A stretch of 31,723 nt of DNA from assembly GCA_902806365.1 (NCBI GenBank), contig CADCWJ010000488.1, positions 1 to 31,723 on the forward strand. The letters run 5' to 3'. The notes beneath the pieces are model-generated. The model was not told the DNA's origin. It was given only the letters and a program-made list of their open reading frames with translations, and made no database searches. Each line of letters starts with the position of its first letter. The stretch's first letter is position 1. Both the position numbers and the translations under genes were made by a program. The stretch comes from an uncultured Thermomicrobiales bacterium (GTDB lineage Bacteria; Chloroflexota; Chloroflexia; Thermomicrobiales; UBA6265). Shown here piece by piece: positions 17,118 to 25,662 of the stretch.

Positions 17118-19466
17118 CTAGTCGGCGGCGCTGGCCTGGCGGCTCGCCTCGGCCTCGGTGATCGCCTGCCAGACGCGCTGAGGTGTGAACGGGATATCGA
17201 GGTGCGTGATGCCCCACGGCTCCAGCGCGTCGATCACGGCGTTGGCGGTCGCCGGGGTCGAGCCTATGGTCGCGGCCTCGCCGATGCCCTTCGCCCCGAG
17301 CGGATTCAGGTAGGTAGGCGTCTCGGTGTGGTGCGATTCGAACTCGGGGAAGTGGTGAGCCCTTGGGAATGTGTAGTCGTTGAGCGTACCGGTCATGAGC
17401 TCGCCCGATTCGTCGTACTCCATCTCCTCGAACAGCGCCTGCCCGATGCCCTGGGCGAGACCACCATGGACCTGGCCGGTCACCAGCATCGGGCTGATGA
17501 TCTTGCCGCAGTCGTCGACCGAGACGTAACGCAGGAACTTGATGTCCCCCGTCTCGGGAAGAACCTCGACCACCGCGACATGGGTTCCGAACGGGAACGT
17601 GGTGCCCGCAGGCCGGAAGAAGTCCGTCGATTCAAGGCCGGCATCGAACTCCTTCGGGAGCGATCCGCCATAGGCCGCTTCGGCGACCTCGGCGAGCGTC
17701 AGCCCGCGGCTGGGCACTCCCTTGACGCGATAGGTGCCGCCTTCGAGCTCGATGTCATCCACCGCCGCTTCCAGTAGATGCGCGGCGATCTGGCGGGCCT
17801 TCTCGCGGATCTTGTCCAGCGACAGCATTACCGCCGCGCCACCCACTGCGAGGCCGCGACTGCCCATCGTGCCGTTGCCCTGGGGAGTGTTCCCGGTGTC
17901 CCCGTGCTGGACGACCACATCCTCGAACGAGGCGCCGATATTGTCGGCGGCAAGCTGGGAGAAGGTCGTCTCCTGCCCCTGGCCATGCGGTGAGATGCCG
18001 GTAAAGATCGTCACCGCGCCGCTTGGCTCGACACGGACCGTCGAACTCTCCCATGGTCCGAAACCGCAGATCTCGACATAGCTCGCGAGGCCGATCCCGA
18101 TGTAGCGGCCCTGCTTCCGGGCCTCCGCCTGCTCGCGGCGCAGGTCTGCGTAGCCGACGATCTCGATCGCCTTGTCAAGCGGTTTCTCGTAATCCCCGGA
18201 GTCGTATTGCGGGCCGGCCAGTGTGTCGAATGGAAATCGGTCGGGCTGGATGAAGTTGACGCGGCGGACCTCGACCGGGTCGACGCCGGTGACGTCGGCC
18301 ACCAGATCGGCGACCCGCTCGATGTAGTAGGCGGCCTCCGGACGGCCAGCACCCCGGTACGCCCCGTTGGCGGCGGTGTTGGTATAGACGGTGGTCACGA
18401 CATAATCGAGGGCGGGGATGTCGTAGCAGCCGGTCGACATGATCCATGTCGAAGAACCCAGGTCGAGCCCCTTCGGCCACGCTCCACCGTCGACGTAGAC
18501 TCGCCCGCGCAATCCAAGGATCTTGCCGGTGGGGTCAGCGGCAACCTCGACATCGGCCCACTGATTCCGGCCATGGCTGCTGGCGAGCATGTTCTCGGAG
18601 CGCGTCTCGATCCACTTGACCGGGCGCTTGAGCATGTAGGCGAGGCCGGAGATCAGGTAATCCTCGGGATAGGCGCCGATCTTCTGGCCGAAGCCGCCGC
18701 CCACTTCCGGCGCGATGCAGCGCACCATGTTTTGGCTGATCCCGAGCGCGCTCGCGATCGAATTCCGGTTCCAGTGCGGCGCCTGGGTGGAGGTCCATAC
18801 CGTCAGCCCCCGCGTGATCGGGTCGATCGCGGCGGCAACGGCACGGGTCTCCATCGGTACGGCGTTCAGCCGCTGGCTCCGGATTCGCGCATTCGCGGTG
18901 AACGTGGCGTTCGCGAATGCGGCCTCGATGTCGGCTCCGCGCGTGCCGCCGACGATTGCCCCGATGTTGTTGGGAACCTGATCGTAAAGTTGAGGCGCGC
19001 CGTCTTCCATCGCGGCGAACACGTCGGTCACTGCATCGAGCATGTCGACATCGAGTTCTACCAGTTCGGCGGCATCGACGGCCAGGGCGCGTGTTGCGGC
19101 GACAACGACGGCGACTGGCTCACCGACGTAACGCACCTTGTCGATTGCCAGCGGACGGATGGGTGGCACGAAAATCTCGTCGTTGTCGTCCCCTTCGCCC
19201 GTTGTTTCGTCCTGGGTCTCGGTTTCTGTCGTCTTCAGGATGCGGGTCAGCGTCTCGCCAGTGATCACGGCAACAACACCGGGCGCGGCTTCGGCGGCAG
19301 AGACATCGACGCCCTTGATGACACCATGGGCGTACGGGGAGCGGAAGATCGCGGCGTGCAACAAGCCAGGTATCTGCACGTCGTCAACATAGGTCGACGA
19401 GCCTGTAATCAGTCGCGGATCTTCCTTGCGCCGAACACGGGCGCCGACCATCTTGCTCATGACCAT
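17118..19466 (-). CDS. Xanthine oxidase-family molybdopterin large subunit, form II CoxL/CutL-like
   Basis: RKEDPRLITG, VRYVGEPVA, APEVGGGFG, active-site AYRGAGRPEA (form II; form I CODH has AYRCSFR), HGQGQETTF, GQVHGGLAQGIGQA and GAKGIGE. Confidence 0.92.
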   Translation of the reverse strand: MVMSKMVGARVRRKEDPRLITGSSTYVDDVQIPGLLHAAIFRSPYAHGVIKGVDVSAAEAAPGVVAVITGETLTRILKTTETETQDETTGEGDDNDEIFVPPIRPLAIDKVRYVGEPVAVVVAATRALAVDAAELVELDVDMLDAVTDVFAAMEDGAPQLYDQVPNNIGAIVGGTRGADIEAAFANATFTANARIRSQRLNAVPMETRAVAAAIDPITRGLTVWTSTQAPHWNRNSIASALGISQNMVRCIAPEVGGGFGQKIGAYPEDYLISGLAYMLKRPVKWIETRSENMLASSHGRNQWADVEVAADPTGKILGLRGRVYVDGGAWPKGLDLGSSTWIMSTGCYDIPALDYVVTTVYTNTAANGAYRGAGRPEAAYYIERVADLVADVTGVDPVEVRRVNFIQPDRFPFDTLAGPQYDSGDYEKPLDKAIEIVGYADLRREQAEARKQGRYIGIGLASYVEICGFGPWESSTVRVEPSGAVTIFTGISPHGQGQETTFSQLAADNIGASFEDVVVQHGDTGNTPQGNGTMGSRGLAVGGAAVMLSLDKIREKARQIAAHLLEAAVDDIELEGGTYRVKGVPSRGLTLAEVAEAAYGGSLPKEFDAGLESTDFFRPAGTTFPFGTHVAVVEVLPETGDIKFLRYVSVDDCGKIISPMLVTGQVHGGLAQGIGQALFEEMEYDESGELMTGTLNDYTFPRAHHFPEFESHHTETPTYLNPLGAKGIGEAATIGSTPATANAVIDALEPWGITHLDIPFTPQRVWQAITEAEASRQASAAD

Positions 19467-19676
19467 GGTGTCAGTTGCTCCCGTTTCGATCGTCGTTCCG
19501 TCAGTTGCATCGCCGTGGGCTCCAGGAACCCGCCCAGGACCGTCGCTGGTTCTCGTGGCGGTTGGGGCTCCGGCTCGGGTCTTTGATTGTCACCGCGAAT
19601 CCAGGACCGGTCAACCACACGGTGACGCGGCGCTCGAATCTCAACCGACCATGTTCAGGCAATCACCGTCCGTGCG

Positions 19677-20441
19677 TTACAGATCATCATCCGCGGCGGC
19701 GCCAAGCCGGCTGGTCGGCGTGTCGGTGACGCCCGCGGGAGTGCTGCCATCGAGTGGCGCGTCACTCAGCCTCAGCCAGCCATGGCGAAGGGCGGTTACT
19801 ACTGCTTGGGTGCGATCGTTCACCGCCAGCTTGCGCAGAATTGAGGTCACGTGGTTCTTGACTGTCTGGGGACTGATCCCGAGTGCCTCACCGATCGCCG
19901 CGTTGGTCATGCCGTCGCTGACCTTCCGGAGGATCTCGAGCTCCCGATCGGTCAGCGGCATGAACGCATCGGACAGCGCCACATCGACGATAGTGCTGTT
20001 GCGGAACTGCTCCAGGACCCGAGCGGCGACGTACGGTTTGCTGAGAAGTTGCTCGTTGATGACGTACTCGCCAGTCGCGGATCGCCGGATCAACGCCAGC
20101 AGCATTTCCTCTCCGACGTCCCGGCCGCAATAGGCCGAAGCTCCGGCCCGGATCGCCCCGAACAGCTCGTCGTCACTCTCGCTCGCCGCAATCACGACGA
20201 TCGCGATGGCGGGATACCGGCGGCGCATCTGGGACGCGAGCGTGATTCCCGGCGCGTCGGTCACGGTCGTGCCGACGAGCGCAACATCGGGATCGACGGC
20301 TTCGGCCAGCCGATATCCGTCCTCGGCGTTCTCGGCGTTTCCGGCGGCGTCGAGGTCAGGCGTCGATTCGAGCACAGCGACGAGGCCTCGCCTGAAGAGG
20401 GCTTCCTGTTCGATCACGATGACCCGGATCTGTCCATTCAT
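19677..20441 (-). CDS. NarL/LuxR-family response regulator with an atypical receiver domain, 254 aa
   Basis: LuxR HTH LTDRELEIL...GMTNAAIGEALGISPQTVKNHVTSILRKL..NDRTQAV. A receiver fold is present but the phospho-Asp position is Gly. ATG at 20441 follows GGGAG. Confidence 0.9.
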   Translation of the reverse strand: MNGQIRVIVIEQEALFRRGLVAVLESTPDLDAAGNAENAEDGYRLAEAVDPDVALVGTTVTDAPGITLASQMRRRYPAIAIVVIAASESDDELFGAIRAGASAYCGRDVGEEMLLALIRRSATGEYVINEQLLSKPYVAARVLEQFRNSTIVDVALSDAFMPLTDRELEILRKVSDGMTNAAIGEALGISPQTVKNHVTSILRKLAVNDRTQAVVTALRHGWLRLSDAPLDGSTPAGVTDTPTSRLGAAADDDL

Positions 20442-20658
20442 CGAGTTTCTACTCCCGCCGGGAAATGCGAGTCCGCTGGCGTTGCGACACGATCGATCAC
20501 GAGCGTCCTCCCACGTCTGGCCCACCAGTTGCTCGCCGGCCGAGCAGGCTGGTCCCCGATTGCTGGAGCGTCAATGAGGGATGTTCTCCCCCCATGGTTA
20601 TCATATACGACGGTAAACAGCTTGTGGCGTGCCGTGTCTCTGCGGAAGCGGGGCATTG

Positions 20659-21549
20659 CTACTGCGCGGTGGCGTGCTTTCCGAGTCCTTCCGGCGCCGG
20701 GCTGCCTCGGACCAGACCGGTGATGGCGATCAGGGTCAACAGGTAGGGAAGCGCGACGAGCAAATCTGATGAGACCGGAAAATTGGAGGTCGCCTGCGCC
20801 TGTATCTGCACCGCCGCCGCGGCGCCGAACAGCAGCGTCGCCCCCAAGGCTCCAAAAGGAGTCCAGCCGCCGAAGATGACGGCGGCGAGGGCGATGAAGC
20901 CGCGACCGGCGGTCATGTCCAACGTAAAGTAGGAGAGATCACCGATCGACAGGAAGGCGCCGCCGAGTCCGGCCAACACGCCGCTCAGGATGACCGCGAC
21001 ATAGCGATTGCGGGCGACATCGATGCCAACGCTCTCGGCCGCCTGCGGATGCTCTCCCGCCGCCAGCACGTGCAGTCCCTGGCGCGTTCGGAATAACCCG
21101 ACGTAGACAAGGGGCACCAGCAGCAGGGCGACCGGGATGAGGACGTTGAGCCCGCCAAGGAAGCCCAGATCGGGCAGGCGCTCGACGGAATCCGTGCCAC
21201 CTGCCTTGCCCCAGATCAGCTGGATCAGGAACGCGGTCAGCCCGGCGGCGATCAGGTTGACCGCGGTCCCGGCGACGATCTGGTTCGCCCGCAGCGTGAT
21301 GCACCAGAAGGCGTGGATGGCGCCCGCGACACCGGCGGCGAAGACCCCGAGCAGCAGGCCGAGCCAGGGATTCCCTGTCCAGTGGGTACCCGCGACAGCG
21401 AAGAAAGCGCCAGTCAGCATCATCCCTTCGAGCGCGATGTTGACGACCCCGGAGCGCTCGGAAATCAGCCCGCCCATTGCCGCGAAGATCAGGGGCGTCG
21501 CCATGCGCAGGGTGGCGGAAAGCAACGCCAGGGTGAAAAAGTCGCTCAC
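20659..21549 (-). CDS. ABC transporter permease (nucleoside/BMP-type, second permease)
   Basis: SERSGVVNIALEGMML, AAGEHPQAAESVGIDV, GRGFIALAAVIFG and LPYLLTL. Confidence 0.92.
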   Translation of the reverse strand: MSDFFTLALLSATLRMATPLIFAAMGGLISERSGVVNIALEGMMLTGAFFAVAGTHWTGNPWLGLLLGVFAAGVAGAIHAFWCITLRANQIVAGTAVNLIAAGLTAFLIQLIWGKAGGTDSVERLPDLGFLGGLNVLIPVALLLVPLVYVGLFRTRQGLHVLAAGEHPQAAESVGIDVARNRYVAVILSGVLAGLGGAFLSIGDLSYFTLDMTAGRGFIALAAVIFGGWTPFGALGATLLFGAAAAVQIQAQATSNFPVSSDLLVALPYLLTLIAITGLVRGSPAPEGLGKHATAQ

Positions 21550-21573
21550 AGGAAACCCTCGTGCTACGGGGGG

Positions 21574-22701
21574 TCAGCGCGTCGGCGAGCCCGGCGCGGT
21601 CTCGATTCCGGACCCGCGCGAGGGAGAACGATCGCGCCCGGATGGTGCCGCCGGGTCGATCAGCTTGCGGAAGAAGGGTAACCGGTTGATGGCCTCGAAG
21701 GCGGCGACCGCGAAGATGACCAGACCCTGAAGCACCAGCACGATCTCCCGGCTCACATCCGATTGACTCTGCATCGCGGGCGCACCGGCGCTGAGGAATC
21801 CAAACAGGAGCCCGGAGAAAATGATCCCAAACGGATGGTTCCGCCCCACGAGTCCGACCGCAATCGCCGTGAAGCCCAACCCCGGCGGCGCGCCACTGTG
21901 CCGGCCGTGGAGCCCCAGCGTCTCGCCCGCTCCGGCCAGACCGCCGAGCAACCCGGCGACACCCATCGCGATCGCGATCGTCCTGCCCCAGTGAATCCCG
22001 CCGTACGTGGCCGCGCCGCGCGAAAGGCCGACGGTTCGGATGTTGTATCCAAAGGTCGTCCGGAACAGGACGTACCACAGCACCAGCGCCGCCACCAGGG
22101 CGATCAGCACGCCCGCGTGAAGCCGAGTCCGCTCGAGCAGGATCGGCAGCCGGGCCCCGTCGAGGACCCGGTTCGTGCCCTGGACCTGAGGATCGACCGG
22201 CAGCCACCCGGATTGTTTCTGGATCGAGTAAGTGATGAGTCGGAAAGCGAGGTAGTTCAGCATGATCGTGGTGATCACTTCATGCGCGCCGGTGGCCGCC
22301 TTCAGGATCCCCGGGATCAGGCCCCAGACGCCCCCCGCGAGCGCGGCGCTGAAGACCGCGAGTGGCAGGTGCAGCGCCGCTGGCAGGCCCATGTCAAGCG
22401 AACCGATCAGGCCGGCCGCAAAACCACCCATCACGAGCTGTCCCTCGATCCCGATATTGAACAGCCCGGCTCGCGCCGCGATTCCGAAGGAGAGCCCGCC
22501 AAGGATCAACGGGGCGGCGTAGACCAGCGTTTCCGCCCGGCCCCGGCGGGAACCAAGCGCCCCCTCGGCTAGGGCCCGGTAGGCTTCCCACGGGTTGTGC
22601 CCAGCGATTGCGATGACGATTGCGCCGACCGCCAGCGCGACCACGACGGCAAGCACCGACCCCGCCACATTGACCAGCGCCGCGCCGGGTCGCGCGCCCA
22701 T
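21574..22701 (-). CDS. ABC transporter permease (nucleoside/BMP-type, first permease)
   Basis: GLFNIGIEGQ, AHEVITTIMLNY, GFTAIAVGLVGRNHP. ATG at 22701 overlaps the ATPase stop (TGATG); TTG at 22704 is an alternative start. Confidence 0.92.
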   Translation of the reverse strand: MGARPGAALVNVAGSVLAVVVALAVGAIVIAIAGHNPWEAYRALAEGALGSRRGRAETLVYAAPLILGGLSFGIAARAGLFNIGIEGQLVMGGFAAGLIGSLDMGLPAALHLPLAVFSAALAGGVWGLIPGILKAATGAHEVITTIMLNYLAFRLITYSIQKQSGWLPVDPQVQGTNRVLDGARLPILLERTRLHAGVLIALVAALVLWYVLFRTTFGYNIRTVGLSRGAATYGGIHWGRTIAIAMGVAGLLGGLAGAGETLGLHGRHSGAPPGLGFTAIAVGLVGRNHPFGIIFSGLLFGFLSAGAPAMQSQSDVSREIVLVLQGLVIFAVAAFEAINRLPFFRKLIDPAAPSGRDRSPSRGSGIETAPGSPTR

Positions 22702-24269
22702 CAATCGGCTGCCTGCGCCGGGACGGCGTTGATCGCGCGGCCACCCATCAGCAAGCCAAGCTCGGAGCGGGAGACATCGGCGCTGGCGAACTCGCCCACG
22801 ATCCTGCCGTCGAACAGGACGATGATCCGATCGCTGAGGTCGAGCACTTCGTCCAGGTCGAATGAGAGCAGGAGAACCGCCTTGCCCGCGTCCCGCGTTT
22901 CGATCAGGCTGCGGTGGACGAATTCGATCGCCCCAACATCGAGCCCGCGCGTCGGCTGGATCGCGAGGACGATTCCCGGCTCGCGTTGAAGCTCGCGCGC
23001 AATGATCAGCTTTTGCTGATTGCCGCCGGACAGCGTGCGGGCGGGCACCGCTGGTGACGGCGCGCGAACATCGAACAGGGACATCAGCTTGCGGGTCAGT
23101 GACCGGATCATGCCACCATTGATCCGGCCGTTCCTGGTGAACCCCCGCCGCTCGGTGTTGCCCAGCAGGACGTTCTCCCAGAGCGGAAAATCGAGCACCA
23201 GCCCACGACCGTGACGATCCTCCGGAATGTAGGAGATCCCGGCCCGCCGGAACGCGGTTGCCCCTTCACCCGCGACCTGTTTCCCACCGACGACCAGCGA
23301 GCCGGACGCCGGTGGACGGAGGCCGGAGAGCACCTCGACCAACTCGGTCTGCCCGTTTCCTTCGATACCGCAGACTCCCAGAATCTCGCCTTGCCGGAGC
23401 TCGATCCGGGCGACATCCAGAGTGACCCGGCCATGCTTGCCGACGCACCGCAGGTCCGTTCCAAGGAGGACGGTGTCTCCCGGTCTGGCCGAGCCGCGGT
23501 CCACCCGGAGCAGCACCTCGCGGCCGACCATGAGCTCCGCCAGTTCATCGGCAGAGGTCTCGCCGGTGATCCGCGTGCCGATCGTCTTCCCGCGCCGGAT
23601 TACGGTCACCCGGTCGCTGATCGCGGCGATCTCCTTGAGCTTATGGGTGATGAAGATGATCGTTCCGCCGGCCGCCTTGAGCCGGTTGAGGATCACGTAG
23701 AGGTCGTCGATCTCCTGCGGAGTCAGGAGAGCCGTCGGTTCGTCCATGATCAGGATCCGGCTGCCGAGATAAAGTGCGCGCAGGATTTCGACGCGCTGCT
23801 GCATCCCCACCGGCAGGTCGCCCACGAGGGTTCCCGGATCGACTTCCAGACCGTACGAGGCCCCCAACTCGGCTACCCGTCGCTCTGCGGCCGCGCGGTC
23901 GAGGAGGGGTCCGGAGCCTTCGTTGCCCAGGATCACGTTCTCGGCGACCGTAAACCGGGGGATCAGCATGAAGTGCTGATGAACCATCCCGAGTCCGGCT
24001 TCAACAGCCTGGCGCGTGCCGTGGAAATGAACCGGGGCGCCGTTCACGAGAATCTCGCCTTCATCGGGCGTATACAGCCCGAAAAGGAGATTCATCAGCG
24101 TCGATTTTCCGGCCCCATTCTCGCCGACGAGCGCGTGGATCTCGCCCACACGCACCTCGAAATTGACACCGTCGTTGGCGACGACGCCCGCAAAGCGCTT
24201 GACAACATTCCGCATCTCTACCGCGAGCGGAATGGTCTGGGACTGGGACGGATTCAACGAGTCAGCCAT
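22701..24269 (-). CDS. ABC transporter ATPase with two fused NBDs (CUT2/nucleoside type)
   Basis: GENGAGKS, HQHFML, ILIMDEPT, FITHKL, LSGGNQQK and QPTRGLDVGA. Confidence 0.95.
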   Translation of the reverse strand: MADSLNPSQSQTIPLAVEMRNVVKRFAGVVANDGVNFEVRVGEIHALVGENGAGKSTLMNLLFGLYTPDEGEILVNGAPVHFHGTRQAVEAGLGMVHQHFMLIPRFTVAENVILGNEGSGPLLDRAAAERRVAELGASYGLEVDPGTLVGDLPVGMQQRVEILRALYLGSRILIMDEPTALLTPQEIDDLYVILNRLKAAGGTIIFITHKLKEIAAISDRVTVIRRGKTIGTRITGETSADELAELMVGREVLLRVDRGSARPGDTVLLGTDLRCVGKHGRVTLDVARIELRQGEILGVCGIEGNGQTELVEVLSGLRPPASGSLVVGGKQVAGEGATAFRRAGISYIPEDRHGRGLVLDFPLWENVLLGNTERRGFTRNGRINGGMIRSLTRKLMSLFDVRAPSPAVPARTLSGGNQQKLIIARELQREPGIVLAIQPTRGLDVGAIEFVHRSLIETRDAGKAVLLLSFDLDEVLDLSDRIIVLFDGRIVGEFASADVSRSELGLLMGGRAINAVPAQAAD

Positions 24270-24275
24270 TGCGGC

Positions 24276-24281
24276 ATTCTA
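24276..24281 (-). promoter_or_regulatory. -10 hexamer TAGAAT 6 nt upstream of the ATPase ATG (possible leaderless promoter)
   Basis: The minus strand reads TAGAAT-GCCGCA-ATG, with no Shine-Dalgarno before the ATG. Confidence 0.4.
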
Positions 24282-24288
24282 CACACAA

Positions 24289-24316
24289 ACAGGGAGCCGG
24301 TTGCCCGGCTCCCTGT
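24289..24316 (-). terminator. Intrinsic terminator-like hairpin after the binding-protein gene
   Basis: Perfect 12-bp stem ACAGGGAGCCGG/CCGGCTCCCTGT with a GCAA (GNRA) loop on the minus strand, followed by TTGTGT. Confidence 0.7.
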
Positions 24317-24331
24317 CACGCGTAAAAGACC

Positions 24332-25456
24332 CTAACTGACCGGCGAGGCGGCCGGAGACGCTTCTGGCGAACCTACCGGCGACGCGACCGGCGTGGCGGC
24401 GCCCTCGATCGGCGTCGGCCGGAACGCGGCCAGCTCCTCGTCCGTGGCTGGCGGGACGATCACACCGTCGAGGATCGCCTGCTTGTATGCCATCACGGTC
24501 TCGATGATCGCCGGATCGACGGTCGAGTCGAAGGCATAGATGTCGATTCCTTCTTCGGCGATGCCGAGATTATCGGTCGTGCCGCCGGGAAACGAGCCCT
24601 CGACGAGGAATTGCGTCGCCTCGAAGAAGCCCGTATCGACCCCCTTGCGAGCGGCCCCGAGCTGCCGGCCCGGTCCGAGATGCGACTGATCCGTATCAGC
24701 GGCGATGACCCAGAACCCCGCACCGCGCTCGTTCGCCGCGTCGAACGAGCCGACTCCCGTTCGGCCGGCGATCGGGAAGACGACATCGGCATTGTTGTTG
24801 TACTGGGCGAGTGTGAGCTCCTTGCCCAGCGCCGGGTCCTCGAAGTTGTCGGCGTACGAAATCAATACCTCGATGTCCGGATTGATCGATCGCGCTCCGG
24901 CGACGTAGCCGACCTCGTAGCGGAGCACCGGGGGAACGCGGATGCCGCCAACGACGCCGAGCACCCCGGTCTGGCTGGCAAGGGCGCCGAGCACACCGGC
25001 CAGGAATCCGCCCTCCTGCTCGCGGAACACGATGGAATACACATTGGGCTGCTCGACGACGCCGTCCAGGATCGCGAAGGAACTGTCCGGAAACTGCGGT
25101 GCCACTTCCGCCACCGCGTCACCCAGCAGCGCACCGACGGCAATCGTGAGCTGACCCGCCTCGGCGCCGGCGGTGAGATTGGGCACGTAGTCGGCCTGCG
25201 TCTGGCTCTCCTGGATCTCGAACGTTACGCCGAGTTCCTCGGCTGCCCGGTCTCCCCCGAGCTTCGCAAGGTCGTTGAAGTTCTGGTCGCCGATGCCGGC
25301 GGTGTCGGTCACCATCGTGACCGTGATGTCGGACCCGTCCTGGGCCGCTGCGCTGGTCGCCATTGCCAGTACGCTTGTACCGAGCACGGCGCCCGACGAA
25401 GCGGCGATCAGGCGACGCCGGTTAAGGCGTGAGTCCATGCGTGAAATGCCCGCCAT
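24332..25456 (-). CDS. BMP-family ABC substrate-binding protein with a Tat signal, 374 aa
   Basis: DTAGIGDQNFN, FREQEGGFLAG, PPVLRYEVGY, FEDPALGKE, WVIAADTDQ. N-terminal NRRRLI...SAAA-QD with no lipobox Cys. ATG at 25456 follows GGGAGGG. Confidence 0.92.
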   Translation of the reverse strand: MAGISRMDSRLNRRRLIAASSGAVLGTSVLAMATSAAAQDGSDITVTMVTDTAGIGDQNFNDLAKLGGDRAAEELGVTFEIQESQTQADYVPNLTAGAEAGQLTIAVGALLGDAVAEVAPQFPDSSFAILDGVVEQPNVYSIVFREQEGGFLAGVLGALASQTGVLGVVGGIRVPPVLRYEVGYVAGARSINPDIEVLISYADNFEDPALGKELTLAQYNNNADVVFPIAGRTGVGSFDAANERGAGFWVIAADTDQSHLGPGRQLGAARKGVDTGFFEATQFLVEGSFPGGTTDNLGIAEEGIDIYAFDSTVDPAIIETVMAYKQAILDGVIVPPATDEELAAFRPTPIEGAATPVASPVGSPEASPAASPVS

Positions 25457-25557
25457 CGAGATTCCCTCCCTGTCGTGTGGCCCGCCACATGTCGCCGCCG
25501 GGCCACTCTCCGTTTCCAACGATGTTGCGTGCGATCCGCCGGATGAGCTTCCAGCAC

Positions 25558-25566
25558 ATGGTACCA
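25558..25566 (-). promoter_or_regulatory. Extended -10 candidate for the ABC operon
   Basis: TG-G-TACCAT on the minus strand, about 100 nt upstream of the BMP ATG. Confidence 0.35.
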
Positions 25567-25585
25567 GCATCGACCGTCCCGCCGA

Positions 25586-25622
25586 GGCGACACTAGTCGC
25601 CCAAGTCGTGCAATTTGCACGA
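25586..25622. promoter_or_regulatory. Two adjacent palindromes (candidate operators) in the divergent promoter
   Basis: GGCGAC-ACTA-GTCGCC (25586-25601) and the perfect TCGTGCAA-T-TTGCACGA (25606-25622). Confidence 0.45.
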
Positions 25623-25662
25623 AGTACACGCCGCGCAAGCAGATGAGAGTCGAGATTTCGCC

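Noticed and set aside
19467-19676. Possible Moco riboswitch or operator upstream of the molybdoenzyme (GTCACCG/CGGTGAC arms, three CCAGGA repeats)
   Set aside because: No Moco-motif core was recognised, and the repeats are short enough to arise by chance at this GC content.
20438-20656. 72-aa ORF filling the gap between the permease and the regulator, with an ATGA overlap
   Set aside because: No Shine-Dalgarno or recognisable domain. The region looks like a promoter and 5' UTR (TATGAT at 20600-20605, hairpin TGCTCG/CGAGCA), and the regulator has its own SD. It cannot be fully excluded without Ribo-seq.
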